Below, piece after piece: positions 10,446 through 24,679 of a stretch of 64,000 bases of DNA. This stretch comes from Callorhinchus milii. Its lineage: Eukaryota. Under the pieces are notes generated by a model, which was not told the DNA's origin, did no database searches, and saw only the letters and a program-made list of their open reading frames with translations. The stretch covers positions 44,394,001 through 44,458,000 of the forward strand of contig NW_024704743.1 in the NCBI RefSeq assembly GCF_018977255.1, written 5' to 3'. The position numbers and the translations under genes are program-made. Numbering within the stretch: the stretch's first letter is position 1; each line of letters begins with the position of its first letter.

Positions 10446-13400
10446 ATGAGTATCGATTATGGGGGAGGGTTGGGGGTAAATTAATTGGATTCTGCTTTCT
10501 TCAGTGTCCACACCCTGGATAGTGAGCAAAAGTAAAAACTGATTTTTTCCCCTTTCAAGTTGAGAGGCTCTGAGGCCAATTGCAGTAACCAAACTACTAC
10601 TAATAATAATCCTTGCATTCGATATAAAACGTTATCACATCATTGAGATCTCAAAAAGCTTCACAGAATTTACTGCAAGATGCATTGACTGCGTATTTGT
10701 AGGCAAATTTAGCAATCAATTTGCGCACAGCAACAGTCAACAATTAGCCATGAAGTGAGCGACCAATTTTATGCAAACTGAGATTGACTAACTCAGCACA
10801 GACCAGAACCTGGGATTCCCTGGATCCAAGCAACTGTTTCATTCTGGCAGTGATTTTACCAACTGAACTGTCAAGGGCTACATTCTAGCTTTTTGATACT
10901 ACTGTATATATTTAGTGGCACAACTCTTATCAGTCAGGAAATGTTCTTATCTTGTATTTATATGAGATGAACAATTAATGTTTTTACTTTGGTCTGCTGT
11001 AAATTTCTCCGATTACCCAGAGTGTAGTCAGCAACAGGGAGTGGTAAACCAACCAGGTTTTCTGCTCTTGATCTCTATCTCATGACCTTTGTTGGAAAGT
11101 GAATGCAGGTGAATGGCATTTGCTATTTGCTACAGCTGATTTCAGTTTTCTCTAACTCAATAGCATAATCCTAGGTATTTGAAAACAGATATTGGCATTA
11201 TGCTAGCAGCAAATACAAGGGAGTTTCTCCTGGTGTCTTGGCGACAATCCCCCAATAAAAGTGGTCTTCATGGCTGTTAGTGGGACATTGCTGTGTGCAA
11301 ATTAGCTGCCACATTCGTCAACAAAATACACTTTACTGACATGCAAGGTATATCAAATGTAAGGATTATCATTGTTGTTATTATATATGTAAGTGAATGT
11401 TTGGTAGAATTTGAAATGTCTTGGGATGATTATTTGCATCTCCCATACAGTATGTGTTTCGAATTTTGCAGAGACTAAACCATTTCCTCCTAATTTGTCT
11501 CAGGAAAAGGTGAGTTTCCTTTTGTTGGTAAATTAACCAGTCTTAAAAAGTATCCTCTTCCAAATTAAAACTGAATTTAAGAATTTTCCAGAATTCTGCA
11601 CAAATTTAAATTTGAAGACAAAATAGTTTAATGATCTTAAGACTGGGTGGAAAGCTTTTATTGCAGATTATAGGATGAGACAACAATACTTGACATTATT
11701 CAAAGAAAGGTTGTGCTATCAAATAAAAGCCAACAGGATGTGTGGGTGTTAAGCAGAGAGTAATGACAGCTATTTTTGGACAAAATAACGCATTAAAACC
11801 TCCCATGGAACACAATTTCAACAAATTTTAATCTAATTGTAAAGGTTTATTCAAATAAGTTAAAGAGTGTTTTCCTTTCAATTGTTTAATTCTCTAAAGC
11901 ACACATTTATTATGACTGTGTCTTTTGTTGGAGAAATAATAAATGAGACTTTAAGCAGTTTTTTCTGGTTGAAAGATGAGATCTGAGATGTAATCACTTG
12001 AACTGTTGCAGTGGGAAGCTCTCCAGCCTACTTAGCAACAGATGAGATGAGCAGGTTAACAGTGTACATCTCATCAAGAGGACAACTGACAGCAACAATG
12101 CTCTGAATTTAACACATAACCCAAACACTAACCAGTAGAGAAACACTGGACAAATCTATAGGTGAGCTCCATAGATGCCTGCATGATCCTCTGGTTAAAG
12201 CAGCAGGGAGAAAACTTGTCTGTTCTATTTGTTAGAAGGAGCAGAAAATGTCTATAATAATCTAAAACATTTCAAATGAATAATTCTGTAAATATTATTT
12301 TAATGCTCAGTTTCGTTTGTACCAATTTGTTACAAATTTAAGGCATCATATTATATATTTATCTAGCTAAGGATAATGCAATTTAATGTAAAGTTGTTTG
12401 TTTGGAGAATTATTTCACAATCCTGTGCACTAATCCTCCTCAGTACCATGGCCATTTACATTGCTGTTCACACAGTCTTTTCTCAATCTTCTTAGTTCTA
12501 TGTGGTAAATTACACAGAACACCAAACAAAACTCTGATTTATGACATCTCAGAATGCCAACAAGTACATAATTGCCATTGAATCATCCAGAGACTCTGTT
12601 ATGTTTCTCATATCTGTTTATCCAAGAAGTAAATCAGAAACAAGATCTTACTTCAAAACCAACCTGGTACATCAGGCTAAAGAAATGAAAAATGGATTTT
12701 GTCTATCTTAAATAGTCCATGTTGGCGTTCTGCAGGATAATGCCAAATAATATTAATGTGTGCGAACCACGCTGTAAACAAACAATAGCTTTTTACTATT
12801 TTGTGATGACACAGCAATTGCCATCTGACATGTGCAGCACAAGCAAGTTGGATGAGTGTTGTGATGGAGGGGGAGGGGGGAGAAGAAACTGTTTTTACAG
12901 GGTGGCTCCGCAGGTTGAAATTGCTGAAGTAAGAGCACAAAAGTGTCATGCATTATCAAACCTTGTGAGCAGATAGACATCTCATAAATCATCAGCGCCT
13001 CGGCAGCAGCTCTGCTGCTTGTTCTGAGCCTTTTGATGCTGGTTGAATTCACAAGGGAAAGGAAGACACTGGGACGACCTCAGTAACATCAGTAAGATAA
13101 GAAAGCATGGAATGAGAAAATGTCAAAGCATCTGCAATCTGCCCGAGCACAGGTTCTCCTTCATTTATATGATCTTCTAAGGAAGGTTCAGGAACATTTC
13201 TCTCTGAGCCATGAAAGTAAAGAAATCAAAGTTGATCATGCTTGAGAAAGGCAGGGGCATTGAGGAGGGTTCAGAAGAAGGGAAGGCAGAGGCATCTATG
13301 GGCTGGGGCATGAACTATCTAATCTGATGATAATAATAAAATAATCCTTACATTTGGTACACTGTAGCTCCTTTCACATCGTAAGGATGTTGCAAAGCAC

Positions 13401-14224
13401 TTCATAGGATTTACTGTCAAGTGGAGTATTTTGTTGATGAATGGGGCAGTCAATTTGAGCAAAGCAATATTCCACAAACAGCCACAAAGTGAATGACCAA
13501 CTAAGGATACTACAGGATGCTCTGAGTAGCCTTGTATCCTGTTATGTTTCTATGACTTCTGTCATGCAAAGCAACAACTGCTCCACAGAAGAGAAAATGG
13601 TCACATTTCAACAATCCACAAAAAGGGTGACCCGTGAGACCGAGAACTAACAGAGGGATCCCACTGATTTCAATGGCTCTTAAAGTGCTGCTTTGTGCAG
13701 TCATTGTACGTATATCACATTCATTGGAGGCTCGTGGTTTCATCAGGAAGGAACAGGTTAGCTTCGGTTTTCATGGGATAGGTTGTGGCTTTGTATGAAA
13801 TGGCAGATCATCACATAGCTAAGGGGAAACTCACCTACATTGCTTTCATCAATTTGGTGCTAACTCTCATTGTGCATGTGTGAAGCCAGATTGTATATCA
13901 CACAGCATGCTCCTCTCAGGACCTGAAAGGAAGCATCATCCTTTTAACAAGGGCTGCGAAATGTCCAGCACTTTGACAACCAGGAAACTGCAAATTACAT
14001 GGAAACTCTGAGCTGAGTTTCTGTAAGTATGTTGACCAAACTGTGCACAGTCACTTCTGTGGTATTAGACATGAATTGAGCTATATAAATGCGATTTGTT
14101 GTTACTATATTTTTGATAGAAGCCAAACAGATTGATTTGTTTTCCTTTCTGCAGCAGTAAAGATCCAGTGACTCCCATATGACCCTAGAATTTTTGTTCT
14201 GCTGACTGCCTGACTATGTGTGAT

Positions 14225-14629
14225 AACTTATCTCTTGCCTCTGAGTCAGAAGATTGTGGGTTCAAATCTCACATTGGGACTTAAACTCACATAGTCTAAG
14301 ATAACACTCCAATGCAGAGCTTGGGATGTGTTGCATTATCAGAAGTGCTGTCCTTCGGATGATATGTTAAAGTAAGGTCCCGTCTATCTGTTCAGTTGGA
14401 CGTTAAAGATCCCTTGGCACAATTTGAAAAGAGAGGGATTTTCTCCCAATGCTCTGACCAACAAATCCCCCCAAATAAAATTGGTCACTCACTTCATGGC
14501 TCTTTGTAGGACATTGCTGTGCCCAATTGTGCTGCTGTGTTTGCCTCCAAATACGCAATCACTCCATTTCATAGGAAATCTTCTGATGCGCAGTAAGACA
14601 TCCTTCCAATGTGATAAGGCTATATCATA
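14225..14629 (+). mobile_element. SacSINE1-like DeuSINE (family A)
   Basis: GCCTCTGAGTCAGAAGATTGTGGGTTCAA, CCTTCGGATGATATGTTAAA and TTAAAGATCCCTTGGCAC motifs. Confidence 0.8.
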
Positions 14630-14993
14630 TAATAATAATCCTTGCATTTGATATAGTGATTATCACATCTTCAAGATGTCTCAAAGCAAAAATATACTGT
14701 AAAGCGAATTGACTCTATATTTTGTGGGCGAAACGCAGCAGCCAATTTGCACACAGTAGTCTCCTACAAACAGTCGTGGATTGAGTGACCAAGTCATTAT
14801 TATTATCTTTTGAAGGAATTATTACCCTCGGAAAAGCAATTTGCCGATTGACTAACAATCGGGTTCATACTTATTGCTAGGTAAACAGAGACCTGTGGAG
14901 TAAAAAACGTTCCCAAAGTTTCACCCTGCCGGAAATCAAACACAGATGTCTCGCTTGCGAGGTGAGTGCTCTAACCACTGAGCTACAGGACTC
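14630..14993 (-). mobile_element. SINE family B, long form
   Basis: Head GAGTCCTGTAGCTCAGTGG on the minus strand, internal TGTTTACCTAGCAATAAGTA segment, (ATT)n tail. It lies tail-to-tail with the DeuSINE at 14225. Confidence 0.85.
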
Positions 14994-15299
14994 TTGCATA
15001 ATAATATGCAACGATTATTATGACAAATGACAGATAAGAAAATGTTTTGTATTTTTTCTTTTGTAAAAGGCTGATGCTCAATAGATGTGACACCTTACTT
15101 CAGCAGCACACATGCTTTTGGCCAAAGAAGTTGATTTAACAATTTGGTGTCTGTCTCTGAAAACGACTCCATTCTGCAGATCCCTTAACTGACACTTCTA
15201 CAAACACACTATGACCACACTTTATGGTAAAATTCTGTGAAGCGCTTTGAGACATTTTGACAACATGATAAGGATCTGTATCAAATGCAATTTTTATAA

Positions 15300-15500
15300 T
15301 TAACAAAAAACAATAATAAATTGGTCATTTTCAATCTACGACTGTTTGTGGGACATTGCTGTGCGCAATTGGCTGCCGCGTTCGCCCACAAATATACAGT
15401 CAATTCACTTTACAGTGTGTTCTGTTAAGCGCTTTGGGACGTCCTCCCGATGTGAAAAGCGCTATATCAAATGCAAGGATTATTATAGGATTATTATTAC
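15300..15500 (+). mobile_element. SINE family B, 3' half (5'-truncated)
   Basis: AATAAATTGGTCATTTTCAATCTACGACTG...GCGCTATATCAAATGCAAGGATTATT. Confidence 0.85.
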
Positions 15501-16386
15501 CATCATTAATACACAGGATCAATTGGTAAACTGAGCTGGTGAGCATTAGTTTTGCTAAAATATCCTTTTTAGCTTTATCATTGAAGCTGCTCCTCAATGC
15601 CGAGGTCACCATGAGACATATTTGCGGTTTCAGTGAGAACTGATATCAGTGGATTTCCTTTGTCCACAAAGTGGAGCAGGAATGAGACATGACTGAACCA
15701 ACTGCATCCAGAGAGAAGGAAGAGATCAAGAAGCAGAGCATTTTCAAAGTAAAGGACTGCACCAGGAAGTGAAATGACATTTTGTGATCTCAAACTCAAT
15801 GTTTATAGTGGGATTCACAAATAATAATTGAATCACAATAAGCCACTCCGACATTGGGCCTGCGGCCTCAAGTTTATCTCACAAATCAATAATTCCTGGA
15901 TCAGCCAGAGTGTGGTCTCCATACTAGTCAGCAGATCAATCCTAAAAAACTAATATTCAACAAAGAAAATAGGTTAGAAGCTGCTCTATGGGGTAGAACT
16001 TACCATAATGTTTACCTCATCTCAAGGTAACGCGTACAGTCAAAAGTGGTGGAAATCTAGGTTTGAAAGGTTGGTAGCACTTTCATCTCTGAGTCAGAAG
16101 GTTGTAGGTTCAAGCTCCACTTTGAGACTTTCACAATCCAGGTGAAGCGCTGAACTGTCAGAGCTGTCATTCTTTTGATAAAATGTTAAACTGAGATCTG
16201 TCTGCCTGTTCAGATATTTTAAACGCATTGGAATGCCCTCGCAATGTGAAAGGCACTATATAAATGTAAATTTGTATTATTATTGTGTATTGTTAAACAT
16301 CTCATGATTCTACTCAAAATTAAAAGGGAATTTCTCCCAGTGTCCTGGCAAACAATCCTCCAAAGTAAAAAAAAGGTCATTCATTT

Positions 16387-17200
16387 CAACAACAAGATTA
16401 CACTTGTATAGCGTCTTTCATGTCGGAAGGACATCCCAAGACGCTGGACAGTGTACAGCATTTCAGACCCAAGCTGGGGTCAGGAGGTAAGGGAGGGGAG
16501 GGGAAGGGAGGTGACCAATGAAGAGGAGGGTCTTGAGACAGGACTTGAAGGAGACTAAGGAGGGGGCGAGGCGGAGTGATTGGGGAATGGAGTTCCAGAG
16601 GTTGGGGGCAGAGTGGCTGAAGGCTCTCCCGCCAATGGTGGGGCGGGTGGGTCGGGGAACATGAAGCAGGCCAGAGCCGGCTGAGTGGAGGTAGCGGGCA
16701 GGATGGTAGGGGGTTAGGAGGTCACAGAGGTAGGGTGGGGCGAGAGCATTGAGGGCTTTGTAGGTGAGGACCAGGATTTTGAACTGGATCCTCTGAAGGA
16801 TAGGGAGCCAATGGAGTCAGGCGAGAAGGGAGGAGATGGGGTCACGGAGTTTGGTGCAGGAGAGGAGACAGGCTGCAGAGTTCTGGATTATCTGCAGCCT
16901 GTGGAGGAAGGAGTTGGGAAGGCCGACAAGCAGGATGTTTGCATAGTCGAGCCTGGAGGTGATGAAGGCATGAACAAGAGTTTCAGCAGCCTGAGGGGTG
17001 AGGTAGTGGCGGAGTCGGGCGATGTTACGGAGGTGAAGGAAGGCAGAGCGGGTTATGGCTTGGATGTGGGGAAGAAAGGACAGTTGAGGGTTGAACAAAA
17101 CACTAGGTTCCTGACTGGCTTGGTGAGTTGTAGTGTGCAGCCATGGAGGTTGATGCTTCCATAGCCTGAGGTGCAGAGGCCCTGGCGCAAGCCAATCAGG
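16387..17200 (-). mobile_element. L2 LINE 3' portion inserted in a DeuSINE
   Basis: [33 protein letters not shown]...LQIIQNSAA. DeuSINE sequence flanks both sides (16290-16386 and 17200-17350). Confidence 0.92.
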
Positions 17201-17669
17201 ATGGCTGTCTGTGGGAGTTTGCTGTGCACAAATTGGTTGCCCCATTCACCTACAGATACATAGTCAATACACTTCACAGTAAAATTCTGTGAAGCACTTT
17301 GAGACATCTTGATCATTGGATAAAGCGTTTTATATCAAATGCAATGATTAGTATATCACCTCCCAGAAGGGCTGCACTTGTTAACTAGGGGTCTTAACAG
17401 CAGTGTAATTTGATACAAATATTGCTATAAAACATCACAAACCTTACCTGTTATTAAAGTAGTGCTTACTGTACTGCCTATGCATGCATGAAATTAAATT
17501 TGTGCAACAAAATGTTAGATTCACCTATTTCATTACTGTAACTGAGTCTTTGGACATAACTTGGATTTCTTTATATTACCAATATTTAGTTTCCCTTTTA
17601 GGGAACACATTAATACAATTCATTAACCTGTTTGATAGGTCATTGGAACATTAGATAGGTTTGTTAATC

Positions 17670-18340
17670 TCACTAATCCTGTGCACGACCTTAGCGTCCA
17701 GTTTGATCCCCAACTGTCCTTCCTATCCCACATTGGACTTATGTCCAGGACGCTTTTCTCCACCACCGCCACATTGCTTGCCTTGACCCTATCTCACCCT
17801 AAAAGCTATTGAAACACTCATCCACCTATTTATTACCTTCCACTTCAATTTCTCAAACACTCTCCTCACTGGTCTCCCCAGTGCTACCATTCACATGGTC
17901 CAAATCATTACAAAAATCTACCACCACATCTTCACCTGCACCAAACTCTGCAACCCAATCCTTGTCAGGCTTCACTGTCTCCCCATCTCCAAAAGGATCA
18001 ATTTCAAGATTGATCAAGATTGTCACCTACAAATGCCTTCACGCCCTTGCACCTCCCTACCGCACTGCCAAGCTGACTCCCCTCCCCCCTTCACTCAGCA
18101 GACTGTTGTGCTTACCCCATTCCCTCCACGCCACCATCAGAAGCAGTGCCTTTAGTCACTACCCTCCTGACCTCTGGAACTCCATGCCTCAATCCGTCCA
18201 CCTTGCCTCTTTATGCATCTTTAAAACTTACTTCTTCAACAGGACATATGGTCACCTCCCCTCTCTTTCTCCCTTGTTTGGTGACCGAATCTGCCCCTGT
18301 GATGCACTCTGAGACATCATCCTGCGCAAAGAGGCTGGAT
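17670..18340 (+). mobile_element. L2 LINE 3' portion, diverged
   Basis: LHCLPISKRINFK, YKCLHALAPPY and FSHYPPDLWNS remnants. Confidence 0.8.
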
Positions 18341-18366
18341 GAATCCTGCGGAGTCCTGTAGCTCAG

Positions 18367-18862
18367 AACATAGAGTACAAAAGTCAGAAAGTTGTGATAA
18401 ACCTTTATAAAACACTGGTTAGGCCTCAGCTACAGTACTGTGTTCAGTTCTGGGCATCACACTTTAGGAAGAATATCAAGGCATTGGAGAGGGTGCAAAG
18501 GAGATTTACCAGGATGGTACCAGTAATGAGGGACTTCAGTTATGAGGAGAGGCTAGAGAGGCTGGGATTATTCTCCTTGGAGCAGAGAAGGTTAAGAGGA
18601 GACTTAATAGAAGTTTTCAAAATTATGAGGGATTCGATAGGAGGAACAGGGAGAAAGTATTTCCACTGGTGGGTGGGTTGGTAACCCAAGGGCACCAATT
18701 TAATATGGTTGTTTCAAGAAACAGAACAGAGGTGAGGAGAATTTTTTTCACCCAGCAAGTTGTTCGGATCTGGAATTCATTGCCTTAAAGGGTGGTGGAA
18801 GCCGATTCGATAACAACTTTTAAGAGAGAAGTAGATAATTATTTGGGGAGGACAAGTTTGCA
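18367..18862 (+). mobile_element. CR1 LINE ORF2 C-terminal fragment
   Basis: LYKTLVRPQLQYCVQFW...ALERVQRRFTRM...YEERLERLGLFSLEQRRLRGDLIEVFKIM is the characteristic CR1 ORF2 C-terminus. Confidence 0.95.
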
Positions 18863-19579
18863 GCCGCATTTTGCCCACAACATATACAGTCAATTCACTT
18901 TACAGTATATTATGTGAAGCGCTTTGAGACATCTCGAAGACATGACAAGGAGCTATATCAAATGCAAGGATTATTACATTATTATAAATGCAAATGGTTG
19001 TTGTTTGTTCCACAGGTCTGTAATGATGCTGGAGGTTGTAGTTGGAGACAAAATCAGGCAGGCAATAGTCTCCAATTGGCTCTGTTCGTAACAACGTTGT
19101 TGCTCGGCAGTAGAACTAACTAGTTCCACATAACTGCAGAAACAACTGACTTGCACAATGAAAGGCAGTTGTTAAACTTCTTGACTCATGTTACTGAGCA
19201 TTGTACAGGACTTTCCTCCTATTGACTACAACAATTTCATTACATATAGCGAAACATTTTCTCACCAAGTAGAGTAACACGAAAAAAAAAACACAGAGCA
19301 ATTGTCAATACTGAGTAACAATCACACAAGCCTGCTTTTTAACTCTACTATTCATTAATAAGGTAAAATACACCTTGTTGTGAGGAGGGAGTTTCCATTG
19401 TATTTTGTCATGCTGGTATTGATGTCAGCTGACATCCCTAGTGTTAGAAGCATAAACCAATCTCCAACAAATATGAACTGAAAAACAATGCGTCAAGAAC
19501 ATTTCAAGAGGAAGACAGTGGCAGATTTTTTACTGAGGAAAACAAAGTTAACAGGCAATTTTGTCTACACAAAAAAAAT

Positions 19580-20130
19580 CAATAGCTTGCATTTATATAG
19601 TGCCCCTCACACAGGATAGCGTCCCAGAGCACTTGACAGTGGCGGAGCACGACACCGAGCCAGGGAGAGAGGGAGGTGACCATAGGCACGGTCAAATAGG
19701 AAGGATTTCAGATGCGACCTGAAGATGAGGAAGGAAGGCGCAAGGTGGAGGGATAAAGGAAATGTTCCAGAATTTGGAGCGTAGTGGCTGAAACGCAGCC
19801 ACCCAAGGTAGAACGGAGGGCACGAAGGACATGCAGAAGGCTGGAGCCAATCGAGCGGAGGTAGCGGGTTAAGGGTTGGGGGTTTAGCAAGTCGGAGAGG
19901 TAGGGAGGTGCCAGGGCATGAAGGGATTTGAAAACAAGTGTGAGGATCTTGAAATTGACCCATTCGGTGATGGGGAGCCAGTGGAGCTGGGCTAGACCTG
20001 GTGTGATGGCGGTATGAAGTTTAGTGCGGGTGAGTATGTGGGCGGCAGAGTTTTGGATCAGCTGGATCCTGTGCCTGGTGGAGCTGGGGAGACTGGAAAA
20101 GAGGGCATTTCAGAAGTCGAGTCAGGAGGT
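19580..20130 (-). mobile_element. L2 LINE 3' fragment
   Basis: FSHYAP, FRSHLKSFLFDRAY remnants and L2 tail. Confidence 0.85.
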
Positions 20131-20914
20131 TTATCAAAATAAACAAAAGGATTTCAAACTTTATTATAATTCTTTGTTGCCTTTTTAATCCGATAATATG
20201 CAGTGGCCTTACGCTATTGGATAAAAGCGATGCACAATAGGTAGGTGAATTTTTTTTGCATCTTTTACTGGTAAAATTAATCTGACACCCTCTGAAATGC
20301 TGTGTTAACAACATTTAGTGTGTTGTAAACTTTCACATCATAAAGCACTAGTTTCAAAGAAAAAGATGTTAACATATTGTGAAACGATTAGTTTTCAGTT
20401 AAAATAAATTAAAACTAATTAACTTGTGTGGTTTATAAAAATGTTACATTAATGTGGGTACTTTGCTAGGTAGTGATCGAATCTCAGAGTTTAGTTGACA
20501 CACAACCTCAGGTCTATAACATAATTTGGAGCATCAATTTGATTACTGACCTGTAATGCACTGACAGCTATTCAATATCCTCTATTTATTCCACTGGTGA
20601 GAAAGATCTTTGTAACTAACTCATGAATTTGCTAAAAGCTTGTTTTTCTTGGACATCTGCCTTCTCTTTTGTCTCTTGAGCTCAGGTCTGCTTGTACATA
20701 CACTTCCTCTGCACTTGCTTCTGTTGAAAATTAACAAACCTCAAGCAACACTGGAGATTAGAAAACATAATTTCCCCACAGTGCAGTGGATTCATGAAAG
20801 TGGCTCCCAAGCAGTAAGGCTTTACTAATATGTCAATTAACTCCTTAGAAAGCATTGCATAAGTATCTGGTTCAGAAGAGTATTGGAAGGTGACTGAGAT
20901 ATGTGTGTAAGCTT

Positions 20915-21287
20915 CGCTCAGTGGTTCTGAGTCAGAAGGTTGTGGGTTCAAGCCCCACGTTGATTCTTGATCCCATATATATGATGACACTCCAAAGCAG
21001 TGCTGGAGGTGTGTTGCATTGTCAGAGGTGCAGTCCTTCGGATGAAAAATTAAACTGCAGCCCTGTTCAGGTGAACGTTAAAGATTCCATGACACAATTT
21101 GAAAAGAGAAGGGAATTTCTCCTGGTGTCTTGGCCAACAATGCCCCCAAATAAAATTGATCGTTCAATTCATGGCTGTTTGTGGGACATTACTCTGCACA
21201 AATTGGCTGCTGTGTTTACCCACAAATACAATCATTCCATTTCACAGTAAATACAGTGAAGCACTTTACCAAATGCAAGAATTATTA
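20915..21287 (+). mobile_element. SacSINE1-like DeuSINE (family A)
   Basis: CTGAGTCAGAAGGTTGTGGGTTCAAG head, Deu-like core and tail. Confidence 0.8.
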
Positions 21288-22854
21288 TCTGACCCAATAG
21301 TTTCTGAGGCAGTTTTTGTGATGTTCAGGAAGGGAAATAAAAGGGCAACAAAACGGCTGGCCGTTTTGGCCTCCAGCCTTTTTTCACACTGTCAGCTATT
21401 GGGAATCGCACTTAGCTAGTTTGTGAATATCATCAATTGGATATCTTTCAATATTTCCAAATGAATGTAGCATTTAGTGTTCAAACCCTGATGACAAACA
21501 CTACAAATTAGTCCCCAGTGTCATTTATAAGGAGCAAACTGTGACTATAGAGCTGAGAAATTCTGTTCAGCCGGTGGAGCCTGGTTAGAACTGGTGTGAT
21601 GGGGATACAGAGTTTGGTAAGGGTGGAATATGAGGACGGCTTTAACCACCTTCTATATAATAGAATTTACATTTGTATAGCGCCTGTCACATTGGGAGGC
21701 CGTCTCAAAGTGCTTGAGAATGCTGGGCACCCAAACTGGGGGTGTGAGTTGAGGGGGAAGGGGAATGATAGCTCAAAGTGCGGTCAAAGATGTAATCTTA
21801 TGGAGAGGATGTGGTCTTCGTAGACATAGTGTAGTTTTGTTATGGTGGATACTTAACAGGGACCAATAGAATACGTAGTGTATTTCATGAATAAGGAAGA
21901 TCAGATATCTTTCCACTGCCGGACATATGCAAGCTATAAAAGTGTTCTTTCCTCACAGTGTAAAAGTTGATACTCCACTGTTCTTCATTGTGTGTATTTA
22001 TAGGGACAGCTAGATCTCCTCTCAGTTGTCTGTGTATAGGTTTATCTGTTTCTTACAGATCCTTGCTGACAGGGAAATGTTTGTTGCACTGAGGATTATA
22101 CATAATGAATTGAGTTGCTGCTTTATTCCTGGCTTCAGGCTGTGTCGACAGAGTGCTGATGGCAGCAATGGCAGGAACTCTATTCATTTTCTGACAGACA
22201 TTGAACATTAATACAGAAAAATAGAGATTATTTCTCTGTGATTTTCATATAATGGAAATAAGTCACAGAAAAAACTTGTTATAACAGTATTTATTCATTA
22301 TTCTCATGCCTGAACAGAATATTTATGAAATATTAATTAGAGTTCAAACTGTGCCAAATGCAAATATTTCATTCATTTTGGTGTTCATTTTACTTACTCA
22401 ATATTAAATAATTATTTTTCACATTTATAAATTGAAAATCTTATCAAGCAAAATATTGGGGTCTATTTTGAGTATTCTTAGTTAAAATAAGGAAACTCCA
22501 ATCATTGAAACAAAAGTAACACACTAGGCAGTTTGCGTTTCTGATGTGGTAAGAAAATATTTTGTGACATGTAACTAAATTATTGTAGCCAACAAGACTG
22601 CAGGCTTCCATGTCTCTCATTAGCAGGACCCAAGATAAACAGATAATCATTGTGCAAGAGTGGGTTGACGCAGATGTTTCTTGTGCATATTATGTGGGTT
22701 TGGTCAGAGCTGTTACACAGCAACGTTTTTGCTTCAAAAAAAGGGTCAATTGGCGAACCATGAAAACCACCATGCTTTTAGTCCCAAATTACAAATTCAA
22801 CTGTCATTACGGAACAGAAATATGAATCTATGTGTGTTGGAATGTTAAATTTAC

Positions 22855-23820
22855 CACAACAATGACAAAATTAAATTTGTTTAGCCCCCTTCACATTGGG
22901 AGGACGTCCTAAGGCACTGGACAGTCAGGGATTCAGACCCGAGCTAGGGGTCGGTATTGGGTAGGATAGAGGGCAGGGGAGGAAGGAGGGTGAACGAAAG
23001 CATGGTCAAAGAGGAGTGTCTTGAGATGGGTCTTGAAAGAGGCAAGGGAGGGGGGCAAGCAGAGGGACTGCAGGATGGAGTTCCAGAGGGTGGGGGCAGA
23101 GTGGCAGAAGGCCCGCCTGCCAATGTTGGGGTGAGCGAGGTGGGGGACATGAAGCAGGCCAGAGCCCGCTGAGTGAAGCAGGATAGTAGGGGGTTAGGAG
23201 GTCGCAGAGGTGGGGGGGAGCAAGACCATGGAGAGCTTTGAAGGTGAGGATCAGGATCTTGAACTGTATCCTCTGTATGATGGAAAGCCAGTGGAGTTGG
23301 GCAATGATGGGGGTGATAGGGTCATGGAGCCTGATGCATGTGAGGACACGGGCTGCAGAGTTCTGGATGATCTGCAGCCTATGGAGGGAGGAGTTGGGGA
23401 GGCCGACAGCAAGGAGTTGACTCGATGTAATGAAAGCGTGTATGAGGGTTTCGGTGGCCTGCAGTGTGAGACAGTGGCAGAAACGAGTGATGTTGCGGAG
23501 GTGGGTAGAAAGGATAGTTGAGGGTCGAACAAGATGCCAAGAGGAGGGGACCAAGGACAGAGCCCTGAGGAATGCCACACGAGATGGTGCGGGGCTAGAG
23601 GAGAAACCATTAGTGGAGATGAAGTGGAGGCGGTGTGTGAGGTACGATCTGAACCAGTCAAGGACAGAGCCATGAAGGTTGAGGTGAGAGAAGAGGCGGT
23701 GGATGGGGATATGACACAATGGTGTCAAAGGCAGCAGAGAGGTCAAGGGGGACGAGGAGGTAGAGAGAGCTCTGGTCCCAGATGGACAGAATGTCATTTG
23801 TCACTTTGACCAGGGCTGTC
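22855..23820 (-). mobile_element. L2 LINE 3' portion with internal deletions
   Basis: VLDWFRSYLTHR, LQIIQNSAARVLT and LHWLSIIQRIQFKILILTFKALHGLAP. Confidence 0.9.
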
Positions 23821-24044
23821 AAATTTATTGACTTGAGAACACTGATCTGTCAAACATCATTATAAAAATGTCATCTCATAGAAATAATCCGTCTGTCAGT
23901 AATCTAAACAATCGTAAATTACATACAGATATAAAATGCGGTTTACAGTAACAAAGAACGATGATTCTAAAGGATTCAGATCATAAGATGCATTGCATTG
24001 TTTAAATGTAGCATTTCATCCACCATGTTACAGTAAGATAATAG

Positions 24045-24290
24045 AGCAAGTTGCCTGGTGCAGGAAAGCATGTGGACTGCAGAGTTCTGGATGGTCCGCA
24101 GGTTGTGTAGGGAAGAAGGAGGGAGTCTGATGAGCAAAGGCATTGGAGTAATCCAGGCTGGAGTCGATGGAAAAGGGTCTCAGAGGCCTGGTGGTGTGAA
24201 GAGAGGTAGTGGTGGAAGTGGACAATGTTGCAGAGGTGAGGCAAAGGGAACGTGTGACAGCCCAGAGGTAAAGTTTGAAGGATAGTTGCA
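24045..24290 (-). mobile_element. L2 internal fragment
   Basis: SSLDYSNA and CAGAACTCTGCAG (QNSA) remnants. Confidence 0.65.
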
Positions 24291-24679
24291 TATCAGTTAT
24301 CAGTTCCAATCAAATGCCTATGAAAGCAATTCCAAATTTAACCATGGTTATTGTTCGGTGTAAAATTCACATTGATCGAATCTAAGCATTTATCCACCCA
24401 GAGTAAAGAAAGTGTCAATAATCAATTAACTGCCTTTACAAGTGAGAGGGAGACATATTCAATACCCTTCGTTTACAGCTAAGAACATCTTGGACAACTA
24501 CTCCAATGGCATTAACACTTCTGATACCATGTTGCTGCAGGTTGCACATTTCTTTATTGCTTTGTGCCTTATGGTGTGTAACCATATGCAGATATATGTG
24601 AACAGAGGAAATTACATGTGTGCTTAATTATGCAATTTGCAATTCCTTTATTGCTTCTTAAGAAAACAATGAAACACTT

